This document shows positions 29,823-39,929 of a stretch of DNA of 64,000 nucleotides, piece by piece. A program made the translations under genes and the position numbers. Numbering within the stretch: the first letter of the stretch is position 1; each line of letters opens with the position of its first letter. Location of the stretch: NCBI GenBank assembly GCA_021776135.1, contig JAJFGL010000040.1, forward strand, positions 3,967-67,966. The letters run 5' to 3'. The stretch is from Kiloniellaceae bacterium (lineage in GTDB: Bacteria > Pseudomonadota > Alphaproteobacteria > Kiloniellales > J153). The notes under the pieces are model-generated. The model worked only from the letters and a program-made list of their open reading frames with translations. It made no database searches and was not told the DNA's origin.

Positions 29823-30677
29823 ATGACCGCCGCCCCTAGCGAGGCCCTCCAAGCCACAGTCGAGGCCGCTTGGGAGGCCCGCGACAGCATCACCCCAGCC
29901 ACCAAGGGCGAAATCCGCGAGGCCGTGGAAGCCGCCTTCGAGGGCCTGGACGCGGGCACCTTCCGGGTCGCGGAGAAAACCGCCCAGGGCTGGAAGATCA
30001 ATCAGTGGTTGAAACAGGCGGTGCTGCTGTCCTTCCGCCTGAACGACATGACCAGCATCCCCGGCGGGCCCGGCGATGGGACCACATGGTGGGACAAGGT
30101 GCCTAGCAAGTTCGCCGGCTGGGGCGAAAACCGTTTCCGCGACGCAGGCTTCCGCGCCGTGCCCAACTGCGTCGTGCGCCGCTCCGCCTATATCGCGCCG
30201 GGGGTGGTCTTGATGCCGAGCTTCGTCAATGTCGGCGCCTATGTGGATAGCGGCACCATGGTCGATACCTGGGTGACCATCGGCTCCTGCGCCCAGGTCG
30301 GGAAGAACTGCCATATCTCCGGCGGCGCCGGCATCGCCGGGGTGCTGGAGCCCCTGCAGGCCAATCCGGTCATCATTGAGGACAACTGCTTTATCGGCGC
30401 CCGGGCCGAGGTCGCGGAAGGGGTCATCGTCGAGACCGGATCGGTCCTGTCCATGGGCGTTTATATCGGCGCCTCCACTAGAATCGTCGACCGCGCCACG
30501 GGCGAAATCCATTTCGGCCGGGTGCCCGCGTACTCCGTGGTGGTATCGGGAACCATGCCGGGCAAGCCCTTTCCCGACGGCAGCCCAGGACCGGGCCTTT
30601 ACTGCGCCGTCATCGTCAAGAGGGTGGACGAAAAGACCCGCTCCAAAACCTCCATCAACGAACTGCTGCGCACCTGA
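29823..30677 (+). CDS. dapD: Tetrahydrodipicolinate N-succinyltransferase
   Basis: 284 aa with a hexapeptide-repeat region, a DapD-like N-terminus, and a position adjacent to dapE. Confidence 0.93.
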   Translation: MTAAPSEALQATVEAAWEARDSITPATKGEIREAVEAAFEGLDAGTFRVAEKTAQGWKINQWLKQAVLLSFRLNDMTSIPGGPGDGTTWWDKVPSKFAGWGENRFRDAGFRAVPNCVVRRSAYIAPGVVLMPSFVNVGAYVDSGTMVDTWVTIGSCAQVGKNCHISGGAGIAGVLEPLQANPVIIEDNCFIGARAEVAEGVIVETGSVLSMGVYIGASTRIVDRATGEIHFGRVPAYSVVVSGTMPGKPFPDGSPGPGLYCAVIVKRVDEKTRSKTSINELLRT

Positions 30678-30682
30678 CCCCC

Positions 30683-31858
30683 ATGTCCCCGCCAACTAAT
30701 CTCGATCCGGTCGAGCTGACCCGCGCCCTGATCCGCTGTCCCAGCATCACGCCAAGGGAAGGCGGCGCGCTCGATCTGCTGGAAGGGGTCTTGCGCGATC
30801 TCGGCTTTAATTGTCAGCGGCTGAAGTATTCGCAGGACGGGACGCCCGATGTGGAGAACCTCTATGCCCGCCTGGGCGAAACCGGGCGCAACTTCTGCTA
30901 TGCCGGCCACACCGACGTAGTGCCGCCGGGCGATCCCGCCAGCTGGCGCGCCGATCCCTTCGCCGCCGAAATCCAGGACAACGTGCTGATCGGGCGCGGC
31001 GCGGTCGACATGAAGGGATCGATCGGCGCCTTCGTGGCCGCCCTGGCCGGATTCCTCAAGGCGCGCGGGGGGGCCTTCGGCGGCTCCATCAGCCTGCTGA
31101 TAACCGGCGACGAGGAAGGCCCGGCCATCAACGGCACCCGCAAGGTACTGGACTGGCTGCGCGAGCGGGGTGAGCGCCTGGACGCCTGCCTGGTTGGGGA
31201 GCCGACCAGCGACAAGCGCCTGGGCGACACCATCAAGATCGGCCGGCGCGGCAGCGTTAGCGGACACCTGGCCGTTCACGGCACCCAAGGTCACGTTGCC
31301 TATCCGCAACTGGCCGACAACCCGATCCACCGTCTGGTGCGTATGCTGGACGCGGTGACGCGAGAACCCCTGGACCAGGGCAGCGATCACTTCCCGCCCA
31401 GCGGTTTGCAAGTCACCAGCATCGATGTCGGCAATGCCACCGGCAATTTGATCCCGGCCAAGGCCCAGGCCAAGTTCAACGTGCGCTTCAACGACCGCCA
31501 CAGCGGCGGCAGCGTTATCGCCTGGCTGCGCGAGCGCTTCGACCGCGAAATCGAGCCCGGCCAGAACGCGCGCTACGACCTGGAAACCCGGATTAGCGGC
31601 GAGTCCTTCCTGTGCCCGCCGGGGCCCTTGAGCGCCCTGGCCGCCGCGGCCGTGGAAAGCATCACCGGCGCGGCGCCGGTCCTGGGCACCACCGGCGGCA
31701 CCTCCGACGCCCGCTTCATCAAGGACCACTGCCCGATTGTCGAACTGGGCCTCTTGAACGCGACCGCGCACCAGGTAGACGAACGGGTATCCCTGCAAGA
31801 CCTGCGCGGCTTGTGCGCCATTTACGGGGCCGTTCTCGACGGCTATTTCGCGCCTTGA
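30683..31858 (+). CDS. dapE: Succinyl-diaminopimelate desuccinylase
   Basis: 391 aa of the M20 family with LIRCPSITP, YAGHTDVVP and ITGDEEG. Confidence 0.93.
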   Translation: MSPPTNLDPVELTRALIRCPSITPREGGALDLLEGVLRDLGFNCQRLKYSQDGTPDVENLYARLGETGRNFCYAGHTDVVPPGDPASWRADPFAAEIQDNVLIGRGAVDMKGSIGAFVAALAGFLKARGGAFGGSISLLITGDEEGPAINGTRKVLDWLRERGERLDACLVGEPTSDKRLGDTIKIGRRGSVSGHLAVHGTQGHVAYPQLADNPIHRLVRMLDAVTREPLDQGSDHFPPSGLQVTSIDVGNATGNLIPAKAQAKFNVRFNDRHSGGSVIAWLRERFDREIEPGQNARYDLETRISGESFLCPPGPLSALAAAAVESITGAAPVLGTTGGTSDARFIKDHCPIVELGLLNATAHQVDERVSLQDLRGLCAIYGAVLDGYFAP

Positions 31859-31935
31859 CCCCGGCGCCAAGCTTTCGCGAAATCGTCTTCGGGCTTTACG
31901 GGGCCTGGCGCCTGGCGCTCCTCGACCGGGGCGGC

Positions 31936-32430
31936 ATGTCTTATTTCGACGACAGCGCCGAGGGCTTCTGGAAATCCTTTTACGCCGCCGCCCTGGTCGC
32001 GCCCGGCTATGTCATCCTGATCCTGCTCGACCCCGCCGAAGACGCCGGCGCCGGAGTCTTACGAAGCCTCGCGATCCACACCCTGGTCTACAGCCTTTCC
32101 TGGACCGTCTATCCGGTGATCGTGGTTCCGATTCTCGAATCCATGGGCCGGGAGAGTGCCTACATCCGCTTCATCGTCGCCTTCAATTGGGCCAAGGTGG
32201 TGCAGATGGCGCTATATCTGCCGGTTATCGTCATCGTCGCGGCCGAGGTTCTGCCCAGCGGCGCCACCAACCTCTTGAGCGGCGCCATGTACATCTTGTT
32301 GCTCGTCTACCAATGGGTCGTCACCCGCACCGCCCTGGACATAACACCCAAGGCCGCCGCCGGCCTGGTCGCTCTCGACTTCGCGGTCGGCGTGGTCCTA
32401 AGCGTGCTGGCGGCAAGCATGTTGCAATAG
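31936..32430 (+). CDS. Hypothetical integral membrane protein
   Basis: This is the same frame as track ORF 31612-32430, whose upstream part overlaps dapE. About 5 TM helices follow MSYFDDSAEGFWKSF. A TTG at 31855 overlapping the dapE stop is an alternative start. Confidence 0.55.
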   Translation: MSYFDDSAEGFWKSFYAAALVAPGYVILILLDPAEDAGAGVLRSLAIHTLVYSLSWTVYPVIVVPILESMGRESAYIRFIVAFNWAKVVQMALYLPVIVIVAAEVLPSGATNLLSGAMYILLLVYQWVVTRTALDITPKAAAGLVALDFAVGVVLSVLAASMLQ

Positions 32431-32517
32431 CATGGGTTAGGTTTAATCTAAAAGCGCTCAAGTCGGCAGGCAGTGAGTTAAATCGGTGTGTGCCACGATG
32501 ATCCTCAATCGCTACGC

Positions 32518-34122
32518 ATGGAGGGTGTTGTGGAAAGCAGAGCCAAGAGACGTCAGCCCCGGCGGCGGGGCAACCCCATCGAAGCCCGAATCAAAACCCG
32601 GCCTAATGCCTTTCATTTAGACCCGGGTACGGGCGCGAGCGGGGGCACGGGCGGGCGCGCGCATTTCGGATTTCTGGACGAAGCTGCGATCGAAAAACTT
32701 AAAGCCCGCGCCTTCGATCTGCTTGAAAACTACGGCGTCGTTTTCATTCATCCCCTGGCCACCGAGGCCCTGAAAAAAGCCGGAGCCACGCCGGGCAGCG
32801 GCGCCGACCGCCTGCGCCTACCGCGCCAAATGGTCGCCGAAGCCCTGGCGGCGACCCCGAAACAGGTCACGCTCCATGGCAAGAAACCCGCCCTCGATCT
32901 TCACCTGCCGCGCGGCGACGGCGGCTTCGTCATGCGGACAGGCACCGGCGCCCATGGCTACGTCGATCCCGAGACCGGGGTTTACCGCAACCTCGACCTC
33001 AAGGCCGTGGCCGAAATCGCCGCCGTGGCCAACGATCTAAACGAGGTTGGCTTTATCGCCCATCCCTTCGTCGCTGGGGTGCCGGAGATCACCGCCGACA
33101 TCCACGGCTTCGCCAAGCTGATCGCGCGCACGGAAAAACACGTCTGGATGCAACCCTACGCCAAGGAAAACGTCGAATACATGATTCGCCTGGCGGCCAT
33201 CGCAGCGGGCGGCGAGGCGGAACTGCGCAAGCGCCCCTTGGCGAGCATCATCACCTGTTCCTTCTCGCCCCTGGAATTCAAGTACATGGATACGGAGGTG
33301 ATTATCCAGGCCGGGCGCCTCGGCCTGCCGATCCATGCCTGCAGCCTGCCCTCCGCCGGCGGCACCGCGCCGCTATCGACCTCGGGCATGGTGCTCATGG
33401 CGGCGGCGGAAATACTGGCCATGACCACCGCCGCCCATGTGCTGGCGCCGGGCACGCCGGTCATCGCCACGCCGCTGATGTTCACCCTCGACATGCGAAC
33501 CGGCAGCGCCCTGCAATCCTGCGTCGAGTCCCTGCAAGCCGCGAACATGGCCATACAGGTTATGAAGCAGGGCTTCGGCATGATCGCCCATACCTACGGC
33601 TCCGGCTCCGACACCCCGGACGTGGAGGTGCAATCCATGGCCGAGCGCACGCTCATCACCCAGACCGTGGCCCTGTCGGGCGCCGATATCCTGGGCGGCG
33701 TCGGGCAGTTGGAGTGCGCCACCGTTTTCAGCCCGGTGCAGGCGGTGCTGGATGACGAGGTCGGGGCCATGATGCGGCAATTCATCCGCATGCCCGAAGT
33801 TAGCGACGAAAGCCTGAACTGGAACGAGGTATCGGCCATCAGAACCGGCGGCCATTTCCTCGACAGCACCCACACCCTGAACAAGTGCCGCGAGCAGTTT
33901 AGCCAAAGAGCCTTCCTGCGCCAGAACCGCGACGATTACGAGGCGGCGGAGCGCCGCGCCGCCTTCGAGCAAGCCCGCGACATGGCCCTAGCCTCGATCC
34001 GCAAGGCCGCGCCGGAAGGAATCTTGAGCGAAGACGCCAACAAGGAAATCGCCGAGCTAGTCGCCGCCGCCGACCGCCATATACTCGGTGAAGCGAATAA
34101 AGGCGCGGCGGCGGTTATTTGA
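32518..34122 (+). CDS. MttB-superfamily (trimethylamine methyltransferase-like) protein, non-pyrrolysine type
   Basis: ORF track 32488-34122 has no internal stop. An Arg-rich N-terminus (RAKRRQPRRRGN) and family-like blocks (GSGSDTPDVEVQSMAE, ADILGGVGQLE, GGHFLDSTHT) are present. The start is ambiguous: GTG 32488, ATG 32518, or GTG 32530 with GGAGGG upstream. Confidence 0.75.
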   Translation: MEGVVESRAKRRQPRRRGNPIEARIKTRPNAFHLDPGTGASGGTGGRAHFGFLDEAAIEKLKARAFDLLENYGVVFIHPLATEALKKAGATPGSGADRLRLPRQMVAEALAATPKQVTLHGKKPALDLHLPRGDGGFVMRTGTGAHGYVDPETGVYRNLDLKAVAEIAAVANDLNEVGFIAHPFVAGVPEITADIHGFAKLIARTEKHVWMQPYAKENVEYMIRLAAIAAGGEAELRKRPLASIITCSFSPLEFKYMDTEVIIQAGRLGLPIHACSLPSAGGTAPLSTSGMVLMAAAEILAMTTAAHVLAPGTPVIATPLMFTLDMRTGSALQSCVESLQAANMAIQVMKQGFGMIAHTYGSGSDTPDVEVQSMAERTLITQTVALSGADILGGVGQLECATVFSPVQAVLDDEVGAMMRQFIRMPEVSDESLNWNEVSAIRTGGHFLDSTHTLNKCREQFSQRAFLRQNRDDYEAAERRAAFEQARDMALASIRKAAPEGILSEDANKEIAELVAAADRHILGEANKGAAAVI

Positions 34123-34155
34123 TGGGGCGGCTTGGCCTGTTACCGAAAAACGATT

Positions 34156-34228
34156 TTCACCACGAAGGCACGAAGACACTAAGAAGAAATTCCTTCGCTT
34201 CTTTGTGTCTTCGTGCCTTCGTGGTGAA
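34156..34228. repeat. Palindromic repeat (ttcaccacgaaggcacgaagacac... family), copy B; likely also a terminator for the upstream gene
   Basis: ttcaccacgaaggcacgaagacactaagaag / cttctttgtgtcttcgtgccttcgtggtgaa form near-perfect ~30-bp arms. A T-run (34230-34238) follows. Confidence 0.8.
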
Positions 34229-34288
34229 TCCTTTTTTTGCCAGCCACCCAAACGACGCTAGACCAGTTAAACGCAAGGATCGCCGGTC

Positions 34289-34576
34289 ATGCTGAATGAA
34301 ATGTCCGAAGGTTTGGTAAGATACAGCACGTCGCCGACATTCACCCAGGACAGCGTGCCCGTCGCCTTGCGGAAGAATCACAAAACCAAAGCCGGGGTGT
34401 GGGCCAAGGCCGTCGTGACCCAAGGCTCGATCGATTATATTCTTGAAGAAACGCCGGAAGATTATCTAACCGTCAAGGCTGGCAACTTCGCTCTCATCGA
34501 ACCGGAAGTGCCGCACCATGTGCGCGTAACCGGCAAGGTGACGTTCCACCTTGAATTCTACCGGCGCGCCGAATGA
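34289..34576 (+). CDS. DUF1971 (YeaR/TehB-N-like) small protein
   Basis: 95 aa. The pattern HKTKAGVWAKAVVTQGSIDY...HHV...FHLEFYR matches my recollection of DUF1971. Confidence 0.65.
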   Translation: MLNEMSEGLVRYSTSPTFTQDSVPVALRKNHKTKAGVWAKAVVTQGSIDYILEETPEDYLTVKAGNFALIEPEVPHHVRVTGKVTFHLEFYRRAE

Positions 34577-34597
34577 GATATAGGGAGCCGCGCTTTC

Positions 34598-35299
34598 CTA
34601 TGAAAGCAGCCAGCCGCCGTCAACGTCGATGGTGGTGCCGGTGACGAAATCGTTTTGGATCATGAAGAGAATGGCCTGAGCCACCTCCTCGGCGGTACCG
34701 GCGCGGGGGATGACGTTGCCGCTGGTCATTTTTTCGTACAAGGCCGTGCGCGCCTCGCCTTCCGCCGCGACCATGGGGGTATCGATGGTCCCCGGCGACA
34801 CGACGTTCAAGCGCCGCGGCGCGATTTCCGGCGCCACGGCACGGACCAAGGCCTCGACCGCGCCGCCAACCGATGACAAGGCCACCTGCCCCGGCTTGCA
34901 TTTGCGCGCCGGGGCGCCGCTGACCAGCACGATCGACCCATTCCGGCTCATATGTTCGGCGCCAAGGCGCACGACATTCGCATAGCCCCAAAGCTTGTCG
35001 AAGGAAGCCTTGTAGCCATCCATATCCATCTCGAGGAAGGCGCCAAGGGACCGGGAGCCGCCAGTCGCCGCGCTGACCAAAATGTCGAAAGGCGCGCTTT
35101 CCTGAAACAACCGCGACAAGGCGGCGCGATCCAGGACGTCGCATTTCTTGAGGCTGACGCCGGGGATTTCGCCGGCTCTGCCCGGGTCGCGGCTGACCGC
35201 GGTGACCTCGGCGCCCAAGGCCGCGAGCTGTTTCGTGGCGGCAAGGCCAATGCCCGAGGTGCCGCCGATAACGATCGCTTTCTTGCCTGCTACATCCAT
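34598..35299 (-). CDS. SDR-family oxidoreductase
   Basis: ORF track 34598-35386. Start moved to MDVAGKKAIVIGGTSGIGLA (ATG 35299), which carries the Rossmann TGxxxGIG motif. Confidence 0.85.
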   Translation of the reverse strand: MDVAGKKAIVIGGTSGIGLAATKQLAALGAEVTAVSRDPGRAGEIPGVSLKKCDVLDRAALSRLFQESAPFDILVSAATGGSRSLGAFLEMDMDGYKASFDKLWGYANVVRLGAEHMSRNGSIVLVSGAPARKCKPGQVALSSVGGAVEALVRAVAPEIAPRRLNVVSPGTIDTPMVAAEGEARTALYEKMTSGNVIPRAGTAEEVAQAILFMIQNDFVTGTTIDVDGGWLLS

Positions 35300-35432
35300 G
35301 ATTTTAATCCGGCCTTCCCTATGTGAGCCTTCGAACTGGCATGAATGGTAACCGAACCGGCCGGAGCGGGAAACCGCGAAGCGCATGGCGGCCCGTTTCG
35401 AGCCGGTTCCAATCGCTTTACAGCCCCCGCCT

Positions 35433-36170
35433 TCAGTACTCCACGCCCAAGAAATACAGCCCCTCCGGCGGAGCGGTTGGACCGGCGGCGGCTCGGTCGC
35501 GCGCCGCCAGGGCGGCCGCCAAATCCTCGCGGGTCCACTTGCCCTCCCCCACCAGTTTCAGGGTGCCGGCAAGGATACGGACCTGATTATGCAGGAAGGA
35601 GCGGGCGCGCACGTCGATGGAAATAACCTCGCCCTGGCGCGTGACATCCAGGGCGTCGAGGGTTTTCACCGCGCTCTTGGCCTGGCACTCGCTGGCGCGG
35701 AAGCTGGTGAAATCATGGTGGCCGATAAGAACTTGCGCGGCCTCGTGCATGGCGGCGGCGTCCAGGGGCTGGGGCACAAACCAGGCCCGGCCCTTCTCCA
35801 GCGTCAGGGGCGCGCGCCGATTGACCATGCGGTAACGATAGGCCCGCCCCAAGGCCGAAAAGCGGGCGTGAAAATCGGGCGCCGCAGCTTGCGCCGAGAG
35901 CACGGCGACGGCGGCGGGACGCAGGTGGGCATTGAGGGCGTCGCGCAGGGTATCGGCGTTCACGTCCTTCGCCAGGTCGAAGCTGGCCACCTGACCCAGG
36001 GCATGAACCCCGGCGTCGGTGCGCCCGGCGGCGTGGACGGTCACCGCCTCCCCGCAAAATCCCTGGATGGCAGCTTCGAGCGCGGCCTGGACGCTGGGCC
36101 CGTTATCCTGGCGCTGCCAGCCGACGAAACCGGCGCCGTCGTATTCGAGCCTGAGCTTATAGCGGGTCAC
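35433..36170 (-). CDS. truA: tRNA pseudouridine(38-40) synthase
   Basis: 245 aa with [21 protein letters not shown] and the catalytic context [10 protein letters not shown]. Confidence 0.93.
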   Translation of the reverse strand: MTRYKLRLEYDGAGFVGWQRQDNGPSVQAALEAAIQGFCGEAVTVHAAGRTDAGVHALGQVASFDLAKDVNADTLRDALNAHLRPAAVAVLSAQAAAPDFHARFSALGRAYRYRMVNRRAPLTLEKGRAWFVPQPLDAAAMHEAAQVLIGHHDFTSFRASECQAKSAVKTLDALDVTRQGEVISIDVRARSFLHNQVRILAGTLKLVGEGKWTREDLAAALAARDRAAAGPTAPPEGLYFLGVEY

Positions 36171-37120
36171 GGCGCTTCGGGAAGCCGCGTGCCCTCGGTC
36201 AGGGCGAAACCGCGCAGGAAATCCGCCGCCGCCATGGCTGCCTTGCCGGGGCGCTGCACCTGGGTCAATCGCAAGGCGCCATCGCCGCAGGCCAGGGTCA
36301 AGTCCGGCCCCAGGAACGTGCCCGGTTCCTGGCTCTGGTTAGACTCCACGACCTCGGCGGCCAGAACATTAATTGTAACGGCGCCCAAGTCCGCCCGCGC
36401 GCCGGGCCAGGGGGTAAAGGCGCGCACCTGGCGCTCCAGTTCTACGGCGGGCAGGCGCCAATCGAGGCGGCTCTCGGCCTTGCTCAGCTTGGCGGCGTAA
36501 GTCACGCCTTCGCTGGGTTGCGGGCGTTCCTCCAAGGTGCGCTTGGCGAGACCGCTCAAGGCCTCCAGAATCAAGCGCGCGCCCAGATCGGCGAGGCTGT
36601 CGTGCAGGCCGGCGGCGTCGGTGCCGGGCCCGATCGGAACGGCGCCGCGCAGCAGCATGGGGCCGGTATCCAGCCCCGCATCCATGCGCATGATGGTAAC
36701 CCCGGTTTCGCTATCGCCGGCCAGGATCGCGCGCTGGATCGGCGCCGCCCCGCGCCAGCGGGGCAGGAGGGAGGCATGTATATTGAGGCAGCCCAGGCGC
36801 GGCGCGGCCAGAAAAGCCTCGGGCAGAATCAGGCCATAGGCCACGACCACGGCGGCGTCGAGATTGAGCGCCGCGAAGGCCGCCTGTTCCTCCCGGTTTT
36901 TCAATGACGTGGGCGTGCGCAGGGGCCAGCCGCGTTCCTCGGCCAAGGCCTGCACCGGGGAGGGCCGGGGCTTGTGCCCGCGCCCGGCCGGGCGCGGCGG
37001 CTGGCTATATACAACCGCGATCTCGTGCCCGGCCCCGGCCAGAGCGCGCAAGGCGGGGGTCGCGAAATCGGGCGTGCCCATGAAGGCGAGGCGCAAGGGG
37101 GCGATGTTGGCTTGGCTCAT
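36167..37120 (-). CDS. fmt: Methionyl-tRNA formyltransferase
   Basis: ORF track 36167-37135. ATG 37120 gives [20 protein letters not shown]. The motif [18 protein letters not shown] is present. The 3' end overlaps the truA start. Confidence 0.93.
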   Translation of the reverse strand: MSQANIAPLRLAFMGTPDFATPALRALAGAGHEIAVVYSQPPRPAGRGHKPRPSPVQALAEERGWPLRTPTSLKNREEQAAFAALNLDAAVVVAYGLILPEAFLAAPRLGCLNIHASLLPRWRGAAPIQRAILAGDSETGVTIMRMDAGLDTGPMLLRGAVPIGPGTDAAGLHDSLADLGARLILEALSGLAKRTLEERPQPSEGVTYAAKLSKAESRLDWRLPAVELERQVRAFTPWPGARADLGAVTINVLAAEVVESNQSQEPGTFLGPDLTLACGDGALRLTQVQRPGKAAMAAADFLRGFALTEGTRLPEAP

Positions 37121-37131
37121 ACGGCGGGCAC

Positions 37132-37674
37132 TCAAAGGACGTGGGCGGGATCCGCGTCCGTCACCTTATCGGACTTCTTGGCCTTGAGCAGCTTACGCAG
37201 GATCATGTTGCGCTTCAGGGCGCTGATATGGTCGACGAAAAGCACGCCGTCCAGGTGATCGAGCTCGTGCTGAATACAGGTCGCCAGCAGACCCTCGGCC
37301 GAGAGTTTACGGCGCTCGTTGTCCCGGTCCAGATAACTCAGCTCGATCGACGAGGGGCGAACCACCTCGGCATAGTGATCGGGCAGGGACAGGCAGCCTT
37401 CCTCGTAGGCCGCGTCCTCGCCGGAAACCCAGGTCAATTCCGGGTTGGCCAGGACATAGGGCCGGCGGTCCTCGCCCTCCTTGGATAGATCCAGGACTAC
37501 GAGCCGCTTCAGCACCCCGACCTGGGGCGCCGCTAGACCGATGCCCGGCGCCCGGTACATGGTCTCCAGCATGTCGTCCATAAGCTGGCGCAGTTCGTCG
37601 TCGACCCGCGCGACCGGCTTGGCGATCCGTTTCAAACGCGGGTCGGGGGCGGTGATGATGGGAAGCAGGGCCAT
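37132..37674 (-). CDS. def: Peptide deformylase
   Basis: 180 aa with motifs [13 protein letters not shown] and HELDH. Confidence 0.95.
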   Translation of the reverse strand: MALLPIITAPDPRLKRIAKPVARVDDELRQLMDDMLETMYRAPGIGLAAPQVGVLKRLVVLDLSKEGEDRRPYVLANPELTWVSGEDAAYEEGCLSLPDHYAEVVRPSSIELSYLDRDNERRKLSAEGLLATCIQHELDHLDGVLFVDHISALKRNMILRKLLKAKKSDKVTDADPAHVL

Positions 37675-37692
37675 GGTCGGGGTCCGGCGCCT

Positions 37693-37944
37693 TTATTTCC
37701 GTCCGGGATTTAGGACTTTCTGCTTGCCCGTGCGAAGGATTGTCTTGATGGGGCCGCGTGACCTGCCGGACTTCTCGGCGATGGCGGCATCCTCGGCCTC
37801 GATATGATCGCGCGCGGGATCGTCGCCGTCGAGCCCGCCGAGCGCGGACACCGGCACCTTGCGGTTCGAGGTCCGCGACCCGTCCGCATAGACGACATCG
37901 AAAAGGACATGGCCTTTTTCAATCTTGGGTTTTCTGCGGGCCAA
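37693..37944 (-). CDS. Small basic hypothetical protein (83 aa) upstream of def
   Basis: A TTG start has GGAGA about 9 nt upstream. The gene lies 18 nt upstream of def on the same strand. I recognise no family, so coding status is uncertain. Confidence 0.4.
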   Translation of the reverse strand: MARRKPKIEKGHVLFDVVYADGSRTSNRKVPVSALGGLDGDDPARDHIEAEDAAIAEKSGRSRGPIKTILRTGKQKVLNPGRK

Positions 37945-38020
37945 GCCTCATATCTCCAAACGTGCCGATTTTCGAGCAAGAAATTGCGGGCCGCGGGGCC
38001 GCGGCCGCCTAATCGGTAGC

Positions 38021-38048
38021 CGGAAAGGGCGCCGGTTGCCCGGCGCCC
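38021..38048 (-). terminator. Candidate terminator hairpin downstream of cspA
   Basis: A 9-bp GC stem gggcgccgg / ccggcgccc has a 4-nt loop. On the minus strand it is followed by TTTCC. It starts about 25 nt after the cspA stop. Confidence 0.45.
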
Positions 38049-38073
38049 TCCGGGATAATTCGAGCCTTGGGGC

Positions 38074-38283
38074 TCAGACTTCTTTCAGATTCTCCGCCGA
38101 AGTCTTGCCGCGCTTGGGATCGCGCTGCTCTTCGAATGAAACTTTCTGACCTTCAGCCAAACCGCGCAAACCGGCGCGCTCGACCGCGGAAATGTGGACG
38201 AAAACGTCCGGTCCGCCGCCGTCCGGCTGAATGAACCCGTAACCCTTGGTGCTGTTGAACCACTTCACGGTGCCTTCGGGCAT
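38074..38283 (-). CDS. cspA: Cold-shock protein (CspA family)
   Basis: 69 aa with [18 protein letters not shown] (RNP1) and VFVHISA (RNP2). Confidence 0.95.
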   Translation of the reverse strand: MPEGTVKWFNSTKGYGFIQPDGGGPDVFVHISAVERAGLRGLAEGQKVSFEEQRDPKRGKTSAENLKEV

Positions 38284-38482
38284 CGCTGTCTCCTATCGCG
38301 TGATATGGCGGCGCGCACATGCGCGGCGCATCAGTCTGTGTCCCGGTGTAGCATCGGTCTGGACACCCGAGGGTGGATCACGTCAGCGGCCCGAAGCAGA
38401 ATGACCTGCGGAAAATGGAGCCTTTGGCGTGCCAATGCAAGGTTGTCGGCGCGTCCGGGCATGATAACTTGAAGGCTCAATC

Positions 38483-39625
38483 GTGGGATTCGGCCCGGTC
38501 ATGGACACGGTAGTGAGCATTTCGCTGATTCTGGCGGCCTTGGCGGTGGGGGCCGTGACGGCTTACCTGGTCCTTCGCGGGCGCCAGGGTGGGGGCGGCG
38601 AGATGGCGGCCCTGAGCGGCCGCCTGGCCCAGATGGCGGCCAGCCAGGCCGCGAGCCAGGCCCAGCTGGCAGAGAGCCTTCACGCCCAGGAACGCGCCGT
38701 CGGCAAGGCGCTGGAGGAACGCCTGGGCGATTTCTCCAAGCGCCTCGGCGAGCGCCTGCAGGAATCCTCGACCCAAAGCCAGAGCGCCCTCAGCGACCTG
38801 CGCGAACGCCTGGCGGTCATCGACAAGGCCCAAAGCAACCTCAAGGAGCTATCGAACCAGGTGGTCGGCCTGCAGGATATCCTGGGCAACAAGCAGGCGC
38901 GCGGCGCCTTCGGGGAAATTCAGCTGCGCGATATCGTGGAAATGACCCTGCCCCCCTCCGCCTATGCCTTTCAGGCGCCCCTGGGGGACAACCGGCGGGT
39001 CGATTGCCTGCTCCACCTGCCAAATCCGCCCGGTTCCATCGCCATCGATTCCAAGTTTCCCCTGGAAAGCTACCACGCCCTGCGCGAGGCCAAGGACGAA
39101 GCGGCCATCGCCCTGGCCCGCCGCGGCCTGACCCTGGCGGTGCGCAAGCACGTCCAGGACATCGCCGCCAAGTACATCGTGCCGGGGGAAACCGCCGAAT
39201 CGGCGCTGCTGTTCCTGCCCAGCGAAGCGGTCTATGCGGAACTGCACGCCAACTTCCGCAATGTGGTCGAGGAAAGCTACCGCGCGCGGGTCTGGATCGT
39301 CTCCCCGACCACCCTCATGGCGACCCTGAACACCGTGCGCGCGATATTGAAAGACGTGCGCATGCGCGAACAGGCCGGGGTGATCCAGACCGAGGTCGAG
39401 ATCCTCATGGGCGACGTCGCGCGCCTGGACGACCGGGTCGGCAAGCTGCAACGCCACTTCGACCAGGCCAGCGACGATGTGCGCCAGATCCGCATCTCCA
39501 CCGACAAGGTAACCAAGCGCGGCGAGCGCATCGCGGACCTGCAACTCGAGGACGAGGACGGCGAAACCGCGATTGAGGAAGAAGACCTGGCCCCGCCCCT
39601 GATAGCCCGGATCGGTGAAAATTAA
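38483..39625 (+). CDS. rmuC: DNA recombination protein RmuC
   Basis: 380 aa with an N-terminal TM helix, a coiled-coil region, and the RmuC core (VDCLLHLPNPPGSIAIDSKFPLESY, FLPSEAVYAE). Confidence 0.9.
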   Translation: MGFGPVMDTVVSISLILAALAVGAVTAYLVLRGRQGGGGEMAALSGRLAQMAASQAASQAQLAESLHAQERAVGKALEERLGDFSKRLGERLQESSTQSQSALSDLRERLAVIDKAQSNLKELSNQVVGLQDILGNKQARGAFGEIQLRDIVEMTLPPSAYAFQAPLGDNRRVDCLLHLPNPPGSIAIDSKFPLESYHALREAKDEAAIALARRGLTLAVRKHVQDIAAKYIVPGETAESALLFLPSEAVYAELHANFRNVVEESYRARVWIVSPTTLMATLNTVRAILKDVRMREQAGVIQTEVEILMGDVARLDDRVGKLQRHFDQASDDVRQIRISTDKVTKRGERIADLQLEDEDGETAIEEEDLAPPLIARIGEN

Positions 39626-39746
39626 TCGACAATTAGTTAATTATATAAAAATACACTAATAACAAGACCTTAGTTTCATTCTATCTCTCTTACGATTGAC
39701 CCCCTAGCGCCGAATTATTTTCTTAGGGATTAGCCCTCCTCACAAC

Positions 39747-39929
39747 GTCATACGCGGGCTTGATCCGCGTATCCATGGCCCTGGCAGGCACGTAACCATG
39801 CCTTGGCGTGCCATAGCCGCCGACCCCTGAAACATAAGCTTTTTTGTGTGCGGCAGTACGGAATAGCACATATTTTCGCAAACCCCCGCCATGACAACCA
39901 TGGATACGCGGATCAAGTCCGCGTATGAC
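39747..39929. repeat. MITE-like element: 32-bp inverted hairpin repeats (39747-39778 / 39898-39929, 31/32 match) around a 119-bp core
   Basis: The left arm is gtcatacgcgggcttgatccgcgtatccatgg. The right arm is the reverse complement of ccatggatacgcggatcaagtccgcgtatgac. The left arm plus 11 nt matches 11941-11983. The element is embedded in AT-rich DNA. Confidence 0.75.

Noticed and set aside
30599-31870. 423-aa minus-strand ORF antisense to dapE
   Set aside because: It is an antisense shadow ORF of a confidently identified M20 peptidase gene, with no motifs.
32488-34122. Possible pyrrolysine (in-frame UAG) MttB
   Set aside because: The ORF is continuous with no internal amber codon, and no pyl genes are in the window.
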